DNA of 64,000 nucleotides from a virus: positions 1 to 64,000 of the IMG/VR virus record IMGVR_UViG_3300010885_081999, one strand, 5' to 3'. Position numbers and translations under genes: made by a program. Below are positions 19,504 to 28,723 of this stretch, one piece after another. Under the pieces are notes generated by a model that was given only the letters and a program-made list of their open reading frames with translations, searched no databases and had not been told where the DNA came from. Every line of letters starts with the position of its first letter. The stretch's first letter is position 1.

Positions 19504-20097
19504 ATGAGAAGCATTGGACTCGTCCCCATGGCAGCGAAGCCGTATCACGCAGGTCACGACGGTCTCGTGAGGATCGCAGCGAAGGAGAACGATGAGGTAC
19601 GTCTGTTCGTGTCGCTGCTCGACAGGGTGCGAAAGGGAGAGACTCCCGTATACGGAGTCGACATGAAGAAGGTCTGGGACCTCTTCATAGAGCCGTCTCT
19701 GCCTGGAAACGTCGAGGTCCAGTACGTCAACGTTCCCGTCCAGGAAGTGTATCGATCGATCGAGGAAGCTGAAGGAGACGAAGACGTCCTGTTCAGGATC
19801 TATTCTGACGACGAGGACATCTTGAAGTACAGCGACGCGTCGCTGTCTAAGTCTGCGCCAAAGCTGTTCGCCAACGGACAGATCGAAAGACGCGGAGTGG
19901 CGAGATCAGAGACGGTTCCCGTCAGCGGAACAGAGATGAGGGGCTACATCGGGTCAGGTGACGTAGAGAAGTTCATCGAGTTGCTTCCTCCCGCCGTGAG
20001 GAAGAACGGTCAAGAGATCTACGATCTCCTCAGCAGACGCCCGATGGGTGAGAGCCTGCTGAGGAGATATGTCGGATTGTGCTTATCAGCGTCTTGA
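19504..20097 (+). CDS. Cytidylyltransferase-like (HxGH) nucleotidyltransferase
   Basis: KPYHAGH and VSGTEMR motifs; C-terminal ESLLRRYV. Confidence 0.75.
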   Translation: MRSIGLVPMAAKPYHAGHDGLVRIAAKENDEVRLFVSLLDRVRKGETPVYGVDMKKVWDLFIEPSLPGNVEVQYVNVPVQEVYRSIEEAEGDEDVLFRIYSDDEDILKYSDASLSKSAPKLFANGQIERRGVARSETVPVSGTEMRGYIGSGDVEKFIELLPPAVRKNGQEIYDLLSRRPMGESLLRRYVGLCLSAS

Positions 20098-21366
20098 CGT
20101 CTTCTTTGCAGACAGGGCGTTTGCTACTACACTCTGTACTTTCTTCAGGGTTGTTGCAGCACTTCCTCCTGGTGCTTTGGCCATGGGACCTGCATGAACT
20201 TTGTACTGTATCACCAAATTAGTGCCTTGAAGTGAAACTGCTTCTGGCATGCTGTCTTTCACTGCACTAATGCTCTTCAGCTCTGGGGGGGTCAGGCTGA
20301 TTCTTGACGTTGATCCTCCCGTACCAGGTCTAAACATCAGAATAGGCTTGTGGGAAGTGTCACTTGGGATGTTATTTTTGGCATCGCGTGCGTAAAGATG
20401 ACCATTTTCTCCAACGTCAAGCTTGTACAAGTTTCCAGCTTTCTTGAGTGTCATGCCAGCGATGTCAGAAACTATGATGAAAGCACATTCGTCAGCAGGA
20501 TCTCCCTTGGGTCCATAGATGAATACTTCTGCAATCTTTGGGTCGTCAATTTCTGCATACCAGCCAGAGACATAAGACGTCTCGCCTGCAACTAACATGT
20601 CCTTGTATGTCGCTGTGGATTCTTCGATAAACTTCTGAGTGAAGTCAATCAGTTTCTTTTCGTTCTTGTCGCCAGAACCTGATGCATTCAAATTCTGAAG
20701 CAGTCTAGTCACTGCTGAGTAAGTCTGAGGGGGCATGTTGCCTTTTTGTACCTTGTGTGATATGCCCGTGCCTTCTATTTGGTTTCCAGACGTATCGACC
20801 AGAATAAAGTCCGAGTGTGCTGCCTTGTTCTCGTTCTTTATGATTCCGCCGACGCCGGAGAAATTCTTGCCAGCAATTTGAACAGTTATCGGCTTTCTAC
20901 CGCCTTGCGTAGCTTCGTCAAATGAAGCCTGCAAGTTTTGAAGAGCTCCTGCCTCTGCATGCAATTCTTCGCCCTTAGAGACGAGCCAGCTGTATTTCGC
21001 GCCTGGCGTCACACTCATACTGTAGACGTTAGGTGATTTATCAAATTCAGCGTTTCTCTGGGGGCGCTTACCCTTAGCCAAACTATTGGCTGCACCTATC
21101 TCATCAGGTGTAAAGTCTCTGTTCAGCAAATTGATGTTGAGCTCAGAACCATCTGGTGTCAAAACACCCACCAGACGTCTGTCTAAGTCATCTGGGTTGA
21201 CCTTGACTCTCTTTTTTGTCAATGCTGCTGTGATTGCAGTCTTGACAGGGACAGGTGCGTTGGAAAACTTCACACCAAAGTAAGGTCGCTCTGGCCGAAT
21301 AGTGCCTTCTAGCAGTGGCCTAAGACCCAAAGCTAGCTTCAGATACTCTCTCAATAGTTTGCTCAT
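20086..21366 (-). CDS. Leader-tagged putative PD-(D/E)xK-like nuclease (lower GC)
   Basis: MSKLLREYLK...LLE leader; HSDFILVD...GISHK motif; AT-richer codon usage. Confidence 0.55.
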   Translation of the reverse strand: MSKLLREYLKLALGLRPLLEGTIRPERPYFGVKFSNAPVPVKTAITAALTKKRVKVNPDDLDRRLVGVLTPDGSELNINLLNRDFTPDEIGAANSLAKGKRPQRNAEFDKSPNVYSMSVTPGAKYSWLVSKGEELHAEAGALQNLQASFDEATQGGRKPITVQIAGKNFSGVGGIIKNENKAAHSDFILVDTSGNQIEGTGISHKVQKGNMPPQTYSAVTRLLQNLNASGSGDKNEKKLIDFTQKFIEESTATYKDMLVAGETSYVSGWYAEIDDPKIAEVFIYGPKGDPADECAFIIVSDIAGMTLKKAGNLYKLDVGENGHLYARDAKNNIPSDTSHKPILMFRPGTGGSTSRISLTPPELKSISAVKDSMPEAVSLQGTNLVIQYKVHAGPMAKAPGGSAATTLKKVQSVVANALSAKKTSRR

Positions 21367-22628
21367 GACTTCTTCCCTTTTCTTCCGTACTTAAACAGAC
21401 CCAGTATCTGGTTCGCAGCGGCAAAACTGCCCGTGAACTTGTAGGCGTTGCCCTTGTAGATGAAGACGACGCCCTCCATGGGAGACGTGATGTTCTCCAC
21501 GGATTTGAGCTTGTCCATCTGCGCTGCGAGGACAGACATCGACATCTCGTCGCCGCTCGACTCGATCGAGTCGATTGCATTCTGCACCTCACCGCGGAGG
21601 CGCTCAACTTCGCGTGCCGTGTCGTCGATCAGCGTGGACTGCAGTCCCTTGAGTACCTCGACTGCGAAGTCGTTGACCGCCAGCTCGATGGGCCTCACGA
21701 ACGACTTCAGCAGGGCAGGAGAATTCCTCACAAATGCAGATACCTGTTCTCCTGTCGATTTGTCCAACTTTTTCTTGATGTCGTTGAGAGACGGTGCACC
21801 GTCCTCCTCGAGGCAGCGAGACATCACCATGCCCTCTATGTCGGGAGGGAGTCCCAGTTCTTCCACCTTCTCAGAGAGAAGCTCCCTGAGGTAGTCGCCC
21901 ATCGTGTCGGAGTCGGAAACTCCCGCATCGGCCATCGCAGACTCGATCTGTGAAGTCGTCGAGGAATAGACCTCTCCGTTCGACAGGTTCTTCATCCTCA
22001 CGATCGAAGGCCCTCTCACCTTCCAGCCCGTGGCCTCCACTGCGGACTGCATCCTGTCGATGTACTGCGTCAATATGTCGACTCCCCCCGCATCGTCCTG
22101 AGTCATCTGCACCGATCCGTCGGACGACCTCTTGAACACGGGCCACCCGTGGAAGACGACGTTGTTGGAGTCGTAGTTGATCACGTTGGGGTTCTTCGTG
22201 TAGATGACCTCCATCGAGTACCACCGATTCGCCGAGTCCCCGAAGACATTGCGCTTCACCTTGCCTGGTAGGGCTCCGATCGCTCCTTCGAGCACCTTGA
22301 AGGCCTTGGTGAAGGCCTCCTCCACGGATCCTCTTCCCGCGAACTTGGCGGCCAGAGCAGCAGCGTCCATGCCGCCGCCCTTGATGTCTGAGCCACGTGT
22401 CACCTTCACCTGACCCTCGGAGTCGTCGTAGGAGAAGACGAGGTTCATGCCGTCCATCTTCTCTGACACCTTCTCGAGGCGACCCGTTGAAGCCTTGCGA
22501 AGGATGGACTTGATCTCCCCGAAGGTGAGCTCCTTGTTGTCGTATAGATGCTGAAGGTGGCCGACAAGCCCTCCGCATAACAGGAGCTGCTTTCCTCCAA
22601 AGGGATAATGAAGACGTTCACGAAGCAT
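21363..22628 (-). CDS. RNA-ligase-fold nucleotidyltransferase-like protein of large phages
   Basis: GGLVGHLQHLYD, EKMDG (KxDG), EGVV and YKFTG. Confidence 0.65.
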   Translation of the reverse strand: MLRERLHYPFGGKQLLLCGGLVGHLQHLYDNKELTFGEIKSILRKASTGRLEKVSEKMDGMNLVFSYDDSEGQVKVTRGSDIKGGGMDAAALAAKFAGRGSVEEAFTKAFKVLEGAIGALPGKVKRNVFGDSANRWYSMEVIYTKNPNVINYDSNNVVFHGWPVFKRSSDGSVQMTQDDAGGVDILTQYIDRMQSAVEATGWKVRGPSIVRMKNLSNGEVYSSTTSQIESAMADAGVSDSDTMGDYLRELLSEKVEELGLPPDIEGMVMSRCLEEDGAPSLNDIKKKLDKSTGEQVSAFVRNSPALLKSFVRPIELAVNDFAVEVLKGLQSTLIDDTAREVERLRGEVQNAIDSIESSGDEMSMSVLAAQMDKLKSVENITSPMEGVVFIYKGNAYKFTGSFAAANQILGLFKYGRKGKKS

Positions 22629-22760
22629 TATTCGCCTCAAAAAGATTAAGCAACATTTCACACGACATATGACTTTTCGACTTTTTGCTTTGTTCTCTGA
22701 AGAAGGAATGATTCTTAGATTTGAAAGACATGCAGTTACTTCAACAGCTAGACCGCCTAA
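22629..22760 (-). pseudogene. Remnant of an HNH endonuclease C-terminus
   Basis: AT-rich spacer translates GGLAVEVTACLSNLRIIPSSENKAKSRK, similar to GLPPEVIGDISNLEFIPAVDNVRKQSR of ORF 41667..42566. Confidence 0.55.
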
Positions 22761-23027
22761 CTATTTCTGCTTCTCGTTGATCTGATTCTTCTTCTTCGCG
22801 GACTGAAGTTCCTTGCGGAGGTGGTTGTACACGTTGCGGTAGTGTCCCCTCTTCTCGGAGCCTTGAGGATACTTGTCGCGCCAATAGGCTGCGTCAGAGC
22901 AACGTGCCTCGAGATCGGCCACGTGGTCGTCCGAGCCCCACTCGGATGTGCGATCCCCGCTGAGAAGGGCCTGTTTCATTTTTCGCTCTATGATGAGCCT
23001 GACGTACGTCTCAATCAGCTTTTCCAT
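22761..23027 (-). CDS. Leader-tagged hypothetical protein
   Basis: N-terminus MEKLIETYVRLIIE. Confidence 0.65.
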   Translation of the reverse strand: MEKLIETYVRLIIERKMKQALLSGDRTSEWGSDDHVADLEARCSDAAYWRDKYPQGSEKRGHYRNVYNHLRKELQSAKKKNQINEKQK

Positions 23028-23211
23028 CTGCTTCCTCCAACGCCCTTTTCATGGCGGACGTGAGATAGTACTTGACATGTCGTTCGGTGATGTGGTTCAC
23101 CGTGTCGAGGTCGAAGGACGTCCTGATCCTCTCAAGAAGCGTCTCAGACATGTCGAGCGTGAAAACCTGTCCTGACTTCATCTGGATCTCGATTGTCTTT
23201 GCGACGTGCAT
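23011..23211 (-). CDS. Hypothetical protein
   Basis: 66 aa ORF with GAGGAG SD. Confidence 0.6.
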   Translation of the reverse strand: MHVAKTIEIQMKSGQVFTLDMSETLLERIRTSFDLDTVNHITERHVKYYLTSAMKRALEEADGKAD

Positions 23212-23218
23212 TTTCTCC

Positions 23219-23845
23219 TCACTTCTTCTTCGGTGTGATGGGAACGGGGCCCGACGTGTCCTCTGACGACGGCTTCTTCTCTGACTTCTCCTTCTCAGGA
23301 GCCTTTATCACGTTGGGCTTGATGGACTTCGTCTTCTTCTCTTCCTTGTCGCCCTTCTTCATCTCGACGTCGGGGTCAGGATCTGCGGGATTCGTCGCAT
23401 CTGCAGCCGGGATCTCTCCCGTCACGATCTGTGCGAGGCCCTTGAGGAACGCGAGGAGCGCGACCTTCTCGGCCTTGGAGAGGCTTTTGACGTACTCGTC
23501 GAGGTGTGCGGATATTGATTCGTCCTTGAAGGACTTGCCGCTACGTATCGTGTTGAGCTTGTCGACGATGTCCTTCGTCTCGATCTCACCCTTCTTGAGC
23601 TTGTCCTTCTCGGCGTCTGTCGTCTTCGACGATCCTGAGTCTGACGTCTCCTTGTCGTCCTTCTTCTCTTCCCCTTCGTCATCACCACCGAAGAGGTCGT
23701 CGTCTTCCTCGCCGAGCATCTTCTGCTGCTTCTCTTTCTCGTCCACAGCGTTCTGGTAGAGCGACTGCTTGAGGCTCTCCTTCATGATGGCCTCAATGGC
23801 CTTTGACAACGAACGACCTGACTGAATCTTAGTTTGCTTTTCCAT
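23219..23845 (-). CDS. Highly charged hypothetical protein (putative head/core component)
   Basis: 208 aa; ATATTTA upstream; D/E/K-rich. Confidence 0.7.
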   Translation of the reverse strand: MEKQTKIQSGRSLSKAIEAIMKESLKQSLYQNAVDEKEKQQKMLGEEDDDLFGGDDEGEEKKDDKETSDSGSSKTTDAEKDKLKKGEIETKDIVDKLNTIRSGKSFKDESISAHLDEYVKSLSKAEKVALLAFLKGLAQIVTGEIPAADATNPADPDPDVEMKKGDKEEKKTKSIKPNVIKAPEKEKSEKKPSSEDTSGPVPITPKKK

Positions 23846-23872
23846 TGAACTCCACCGCCTCTAAATATATCT

Positions 23873-24277
23873 TCATGTCGGAATTAGATCCACTCCTAGC
23901 GTGCACGTCTTGCTTTGTGGATCGAAGTCGAGGACCTTGGGTGACGCGACGTCGAAGAGGCCAAAGAGCTGAATGTCGTCGTCGCCGAGCGTGACGAAGC
24001 ACGTCTTACACTTCAAGAGTCCCGTGGTGAACTTCTTCATGATGCCGTATGCGTCTGCGGTCTTGACACGCAAGTCCACCTTGATCGATCCAGACGATTC
24101 CAGGGAAAATCCCACGGCGGCGCCTGAGACGTAGGTGTCTTCTTCCTCGCCCGAATTGAAGAGCATCGATACGACGAGGAAGGCATCCTCGTACGCCTTG
24201 ACGTTCTCTTCTAGTTCAGGAACGACGCCCTTCAAGGCGTCACTCATCAGCAGTCTATCTACCAGCGCTTCGTTCAT
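23873..24277 (-). CDS. Hypothetical protein
   Basis: 134 aa ORF in operon. Confidence 0.6.
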   Translation of the reverse strand: MNEALVDRLLMSDALKGVVPELEENVKAYEDAFLVVSMLFNSGEEEDTYVSGAAVGFSLESSGSIKVDLRVKTADAYGIMKKFTTGLLKCKTCFVTLGDDDIQLFGLFDVASPKVLDFDPQSKTCTLGVDLIPT

Positions 24278-24641
24278 GCGAACGACTATACACTACGTCC
24301 TTGTATAGTTCATCCGCCCACTTTGCGTACTCTTTGTCGAGTTCGGTCACTTCGCCGATGTCCTTCGTCTGGAGGTTCAGCGTGACCGCCTCCTCGGTGA
24401 CGTGGATGGACGCATGATGCCCCACTTCAGCTTCGTGGTCGAGAAGCTGCTTCACGAAGTCATTTCTTTGCTCTTGCAATCTGAACGTGTAGGTCTTCTG
24501 AAGAGAACCGTCCTTCTTCGACCACTTGTTCACTGCGATGAGTGGAACGTCGGTCGCTTGCGGAATGACAGGCAGGCCGCCGAACGACATGGGTCGACGT
24601 GCCTTATCGAGAAATTCTTCGTGAAGACGTGTCAGCTTCAT
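24255..24641 (-). CDS. Pterin-4-alpha-carbinolamine dehydratase-like protein
   Basis: W...LQKTYTF...VGHHASI...LQTKDIGEVTELD. Confidence 0.75.
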   Translation of the reverse strand: MKLTRLHEEFLDKARRPMSFGGLPVIPQATDVPLIAVNKWSKKDGSLQKTYTFRLQEQRNDFVKQLLDHEAEVGHHASIHVTEEAVTLNLQTKDIGEVTELDKEYAKWADELYKDVVYSRSHERSAGR

Positions 24642-24653
24642 TCGATGTCCTTG

Positions 24654-25406
24654 TCACAGTATGACTGCCCCGCCGACGACGGCCGCCTCAGTGAAAGACG
24701 AACCGTGAGTCCAGACCTTCTTGTTCCTGTCGACGACGCATGAGCCGCCCTTGAAACTGAGGTCTCTCTCCTTGCCTACTCTGTTGGACACTACGACGTT
24801 CGCAGAAGTCTCTTCTGCGAGTTCGACCCACGACGAATCAGGATAACCGTAATCGGAACCCCAATTGGTGAGAAGTGCTATCGTGTCGACAGACCCCTGC
24901 TTGTAGAAGCGTTGCTCCGATTTGTAGAATTTATACGTGTCCCTGTAGTTGTTCATCACGTCGCGGCAAATGAGCACGCCGAGGCGCCCAGCACGTGTGG
25001 TGACCACGGGATGCATCGATTCAGATGCCACGGACCAGAGGTTATCGGACCCCCACAAGTTGTGCTTCTGGCAGTTGGCGACGAGACCCGAGGGTCCGAC
25101 GACAGCAGCAGAGTTGTACAGCTTGCCTTCGCAGACTTCAACGTAGCCGAAGACGATGTGCGTGTTGAAGCGACGTGCGATGGGAAGGAAGGCTTCGGTC
25201 TGAAATCCTCCCTTCTGTTGTGCACAGTCGGCAGCCTCCCGCGAGTTCTCGAGGACGTAGCCGCTGGTGCACAGCTCTGGGAGGACCACCAGAGCTGCAC
25301 CTTTGCCTGCCGCCTCGAAAGCCATCTGTTGTGCAGTCTTCAAGTTGGCATACACGTCGTGTATCACCGGCTTGAACTGCACTGCTGCTACGATGGGTGT
25401 CTGCAT
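24654..25406 (-). CDS. Carbon-nitrogen hydrolase (nitrilase superfamily)
   Basis: E-K-C triad: VLPEL, QKHNL, LICRD; also YNSAAV and FKGGS. Confidence 0.88.
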   Translation of the reverse strand: MQTPIVAAVQFKPVIHDVYANLKTAQQMAFEAAGKGAALVVLPELCTSGYVLENSREAADCAQQKGGFQTEAFLPIARRFNTHIVFGYVEVCEGKLYNSAAVVGPSGLVANCQKHNLWGSDNLWSVASESMHPVVTTRAGRLGVLICRDVMNNYRDTYKFYKSEQRFYKQGSVDTIALLTNWGSDYGYPDSSWVELAEETSANVVVSNRVGKERDLSFKGGSCVVDRNKKVWTHGSSFTEAAVVGGAVIL

Positions 25407-25409
25407 GAC

Positions 25410-26282
25410 TTACTCCAGGGGATCGATGACCTTTTGACCCGACTTGCGCGCCTTTGAGAGCGACTTGTCGAGGAACTCTCGGAAGCCGTCGAGGCCTGCG
25501 ACGATGTTCGGGTGGTCCTTCATCAACTGGACGTCCGCGGACGTGAGCTCACCGGACTTGCGAAGAAAGTCGATGTAGTCGTTCATCGCGGTGAGGGTGA
25601 GGATCTCTGCCTCGTCGGAATCCATCGTCATCACGAACTTCGCCTTCTCGAGTGCCCTCTGGACTGCCTGGCGGGCGCCTGGCACTCCTGCATATCCGAG
25701 CTCCTTTGCGATCTCTTCGAATGTCGCTTCCTCGTCGCTTGCCATCGTATAGCCGCGCTTCGTCGACTTGATCGCGCCTGTGCCCTTGCATGCCTTGCAG
25801 TCCTTGCCGTCAGGCATGATTCCTTCGCCCTCGCAGGCCTCACACTCTTGATAACCTGCACGAACGCCAGACCCGATGGATCCAGCGAGGCCTGCAGAAG
25901 CGAGGTCGTTGTAGGAAGCCTCTCGAAGCATCTTTCTCACAGCGAGACGGATCGTCTCTTCAACCTTCTTGTCCTTGTTCATCTCTTTGTCCTCTTCTTT
26001 CATGTCTTCGACGACGTCTGTGACGGCAGAGTAGAAAGATTCTGCGTCGTCGTCCGAAATGCTATCTATGAGGGTCGATAAAGCCGAACGAAGTTCCATT
26101 CGGTTTTTCGGCCTGAAGTTGGGATTGCCCGGATCTGTCTCTGCAGCAGAGGGATCCACGACAGGCGACACACCTACGGGAGCCGTCGATAGGTCTCCGG
26201 TCGACTGCCAACCCATGCCCGGCGTCGTGATCATCTCGCGGATGTATTCGCGGACGGCGATGTCGCTGACGACGAGCTTCAT
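25410..26282 (-). CDS. Hypothetical protein with DnaJ-type Zn finger and HTH-like region
   Basis: CEACEGEG and CKACKGTG; TFEEIAKELG...ARQAVQRALEK; start moved to MKLVV (26282). Confidence 0.65.
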   Translation of the reverse strand: MKLVVSDIAVREYIREMITTPGMGWQSTGDLSTAPVGVSPVVDPSAAETDPGNPNFRPKNRMELRSALSTLIDSISDDDAESFYSAVTDVVEDMKEEDKEMNKDKKVEETIRLAVRKMLREASYNDLASAGLAGSIGSGVRAGYQECEACEGEGIMPDGKDCKACKGTGAIKSTKRGYTMASDEEATFEEIAKELGYAGVPGARQAVQRALEKAKFVMTMDSDEAEILTLTAMNDYIDFLRKSGELTSADVQLMKDHPNIVAGLDGFREFLDKSLSKARKSGQKVIDPLE

Positions 26283-26581
26283 TGACCTGCCGGTGCCTCG
26301 GGTGTCGGTGTCGATGCCTGAGGCGCATGTGCATCCGTGTGCTTGCGACCGAAGTAGAGCGCAAGGACGGGTGTGAGATAGGCCGCACAGACCGACGGGT
26401 CGAAGGGTCTGATTGAGAACGGACCGATCTTCTCGAAGATCGATGCGATATAGACGACCGTCGTCGTGACGAACGCCACCGTGGCGAAGGTCGCCGACAT
26501 CGAAGGCTTGCCATTCGTGCCTATGATCCATCCTCGCGAAGGCTCCTGCGACTTGATCGTTTTCTTGGACGATTCTGACAT
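26279..26581 (-). CDS. Two-TM membrane protein, holin candidate
   Basis: GKPSMSATF...TM1...AAYLTPVLALYFGRK. Confidence 0.5.
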   Translation of the reverse strand: MSESSKKTIKSQEPSRGWIIGTNGKPSMSATFATVAFVTTTVVYIASIFEKIGPFSIRPFDPSVCAAYLTPVLALYFGRKHTDAHAPQASTPTPEAPAGQ

Positions 26582-26617
26582 GACTGTCCCCTTACCCAGC
26601 TAAATAGGCAGTTGACT

Positions 26618-27148
26618 TCATTTAGTCGCTTGTGTTACCGCAAAAACGGTGAGCACGGTAACGATGACACCGGCTCCTGCACCGATTCCGAACCACAGAG
26701 TCCTGTCAGGTGCGCTGTCTTGCGCCTTCTTGAGTTCCGTCTCGAGCAGTTGAATCCTCTTCAAGTTGGCTTCGTTCGTCGCCTCCGCCCTTGACTTGTC
26801 AGAAGCATAGAGGATGTTGAGCTCGTTGTACTTGAAGTCCTTCTTCGCTTCCGAGCTCCTGACAGCTACTTCGACTTCGATCTGAGTCCTCTCCTTTGCA
26901 GTCGAGAGGTCCGTCGCGACGGAGGCCGCGGCCCTGGGAGAGAAGAGTATGCCAGGAAACGGAGCAGGCTGACCCTGCTTCAGTGGTGCGATCACGGCAG
27001 GGTCTTGAGGCGTCGTGGGAGCCTGTGGGTCGGGGCTCGCCGGAGTAGCTGTCGTCTCAGCGGGAGGCTTTGGAGGATCTGCCCACGAGATCGTTGACAG
27101 GGTCATTGAGGTCACGAGGATCGATGCTATTAGTCTTTTCATGGTCAT
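26618..27148 (-). CDS. Exported coiled-coil protein with C-terminal TM (spanin-like)
   Basis: Signal peptide, Pro-rich linker, GQPAPFPGILF, coiled coil, WFGIGAGAGVIV. Confidence 0.5.
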   Translation of the reverse strand: MTMKRLIASILVTSMTLSTISWADPPKPPAETTATPASPDPQAPTTPQDPAVIAPLKQGQPAPFPGILFSPRAAASVATDLSTAKERTQIEVEVAVRSSEAKKDFKYNELNILYASDKSRAEATNEANLKRIQLLETELKKAQDSAPDRTLWFGIGAGAGVIVTVLTVFAVTQATK

Positions 27149-27549
27149 TTCTCCGGAACCACTAGGGGGAAACCCGTGACGTCGCTGAGCTGCTTCGCCA
27201 TGCCCACGGGATCGTCCTTGTACTTCTTGACGAGCTGATTCACCTGTTCGGTCTTCCTGTCCTCCAGCTTCTTGATCTTCTCGTCGTAGTTCTTCTTTGC
27301 GTTGTTGAGGTCCGTCTCGAGCTTCTGGTAGTTCTCCTCGTGCGCCTTGCGCTCCTTGTCCTGGGCGTCCTTGAGCTTCTTCATCTCTTCGTCGTTGATG
27401 GTTTGTTGTTTCTGAAGCTGCGTGACGAGGTCGGACTTCTGACGAGACAGGAGGACATAGCCTGCGACGCAGGCGGCGAGGACGAGAAGCATGGGCACGA
27501 CGTGGGGTTTCACGTAGCCCCACAGTTTATTCAGGAATAGCAGAATCAT
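27145..27549 (-). CDS. N-terminal TM + coiled-coil protein (i-spanin-like)
   Basis: Single TM followed by a long K/E/Q heptad region. Confidence 0.5.
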   Translation of the reverse strand: MILLFLNKLWGYVKPHVVPMLLVLAACVAGYVLLSRQKSDLVTQLQKQQTINDEEMKKLKDAQDKERKAHEENYQKLETDLNNAKKNYDEKIKKLEDRKTEQVNQLVKKYKDDPVGMAKQLSDVTGFPLVVPEK

Positions 27550-27556
27550 GATAACC

Positions 27557-27859
27557 TCAGTTTGGTTTCTCTGATTTTTCTCTTCGCATCCCAGGAAGGT
27601 CCACGTCAGATTCTGAAGACTTCAGGTGACGCAGTATGACTTCCTGCGCTGCGAAGAGCTCGTTGATGGCCGTGTTGTGGCTGTACACGGTCACGGTGAG
27701 GAGCGACACTGTCTTTGCGAGGTTCTTGAACTCGTCTGCGAGGAGCTTCACCGATCCTGCAAGCATGTTGACGTCGTCAGGAAGCTCGACGCTTTTCTTG
27801 ACGATCGAGGTCAAGAGCGCGAACATGCCGCTTTCATTCTTCGGTGTTGTCTTTTCCAT
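27557..27859 (-). CDS. Hypothetical protein
   Basis: MEKTTPK start; coiled-coil character. Confidence 0.55.
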   Translation of the reverse strand: MEKTTPKNESGMFALLTSIVKKSVELPDDVNMLAGSVKLLADEFKNLAKTVSLLTVTVYSHNTAINELFAAQEVILRHLKSSESDVDLPGMRREKSEKPN

Positions 27860-28148
27860 CTTCGGTGCCTTCCAACAGATTGTACAACGTCTCGCTGTCG
27901 AGTTCACCGATGTGAAGGTGACGATTCCTGTTCGTCTTCTCTAGCGTGGCGATCAGCTTCTTCTTTGCCACTCTCTGGAGGAGACGCTCTGCCTTTGGAC
28001 TCTCAGACAACACCATGTCGGCAGCCTCCTGAAAGAGATCCTGCATGGTAATGCCGTACCTGAAGAGCTTCTCTCTGAGGGCGGCATGAGACTCCTTCGT
28101 CAATTTCACGTGAACACTCTTCCTTCCGAAGAAGAGGTCGTGTCTCAT
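27834..28148 (-). CDS. Hypothetical protein, possible ribbon-helix-helix DNA binder
   Basis: KSVHVKLTKESHAALREKLFRYGITMQDLF. Confidence 0.55.
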   Translation of the reverse strand: MRHDLFFGRKSVHVKLTKESHAALREKLFRYGITMQDLFQEAADMVLSESPKAERLLQRVAKKKLIATLEKTNRNRHLHIGELDSETLYNLLEGTEDGKDNTEE

Positions 28149-28723
28149 GCACCGCCTCCGCCGGCTGGGCCTGCGGCCGCGGCCTTCGGTGCCTGGAACT
28201 CCGTCTCGTCTTCCTTCTCAGACTGCGAGACTCCGATCTCGACGCCGTAGGACTCGAGTAGTTCCTCCTTGAACGTCTCCACTGCAGACTTGTCGTAGTT
28301 CTTTGCGAGGTAATTGGACGCCCTGCGGAGGATCGTGTTGCGGATCTCGAGGAGGTTGTCGTAGTTGTCGACGAGGCGCATCACGTCAGTGACGAAAGAT
28401 CCGACGTCGATGTCGTCGGAGGAGAGCTTCTCTGGCTCTGCGTCCTCCTTCTCCTCGTCTCCCTTCTCTTCGTCTTTGTCGTCCTCTTTCTCGTCTTCTT
28501 CCTCGTCAGCCTCGACGAGGAATCTCCTCGTCATCATACGAAAGTTGAGGCCTTCGTTCTTCGCATTCTTTGCCTCTGCCTCGTACTCCGACAGATACTT
28601 GTCGATCTGAGCATCGAGAGAGTCCTCACCCTTCTCTTTCTCAGGCTCAGCAGCCTCGACGATTCTTGAGGTGCTTCCTCTTCGAAGGGATCGAGCCAGC
28701 TCCTTCAGCAGGGAAGTCATCAC
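28145..28723 (-). CDS. Acidic hypothetical protein (putative head/core component)
   Basis: 192 aa; DSLDAQIDKYL; acidic tract after FLVE. Confidence 0.65.
   Translation of the reverse strand: MMTSLLKELARSLRRGSTSRIVEAAEPEKEKGEDSLDAQIDKYLSEYEAEAKNAKNEGLNFRMMTRRFLVEADEEEDEKEDDKDEEKGDEEKEDAEPEKLSSDDIDVGSFVTDVMRLVDNYDNLLEIRNTILRRASNYLAKNYDKSAVETFKEELLESYGVEIGVSQSEKEDETEFQAPKAAAAGPAGGGGA

Noticed and set aside
22629-23027. Possible TAG stop-codon reassignment (alternative genetic code), suggested by the in-frame continuation after TAG 22761
   Set aside because: Long conserved genes are uninterrupted under code 11, and TAG ends several genes at their expected C-termini (helicase, Hsp20, methyltransferase)
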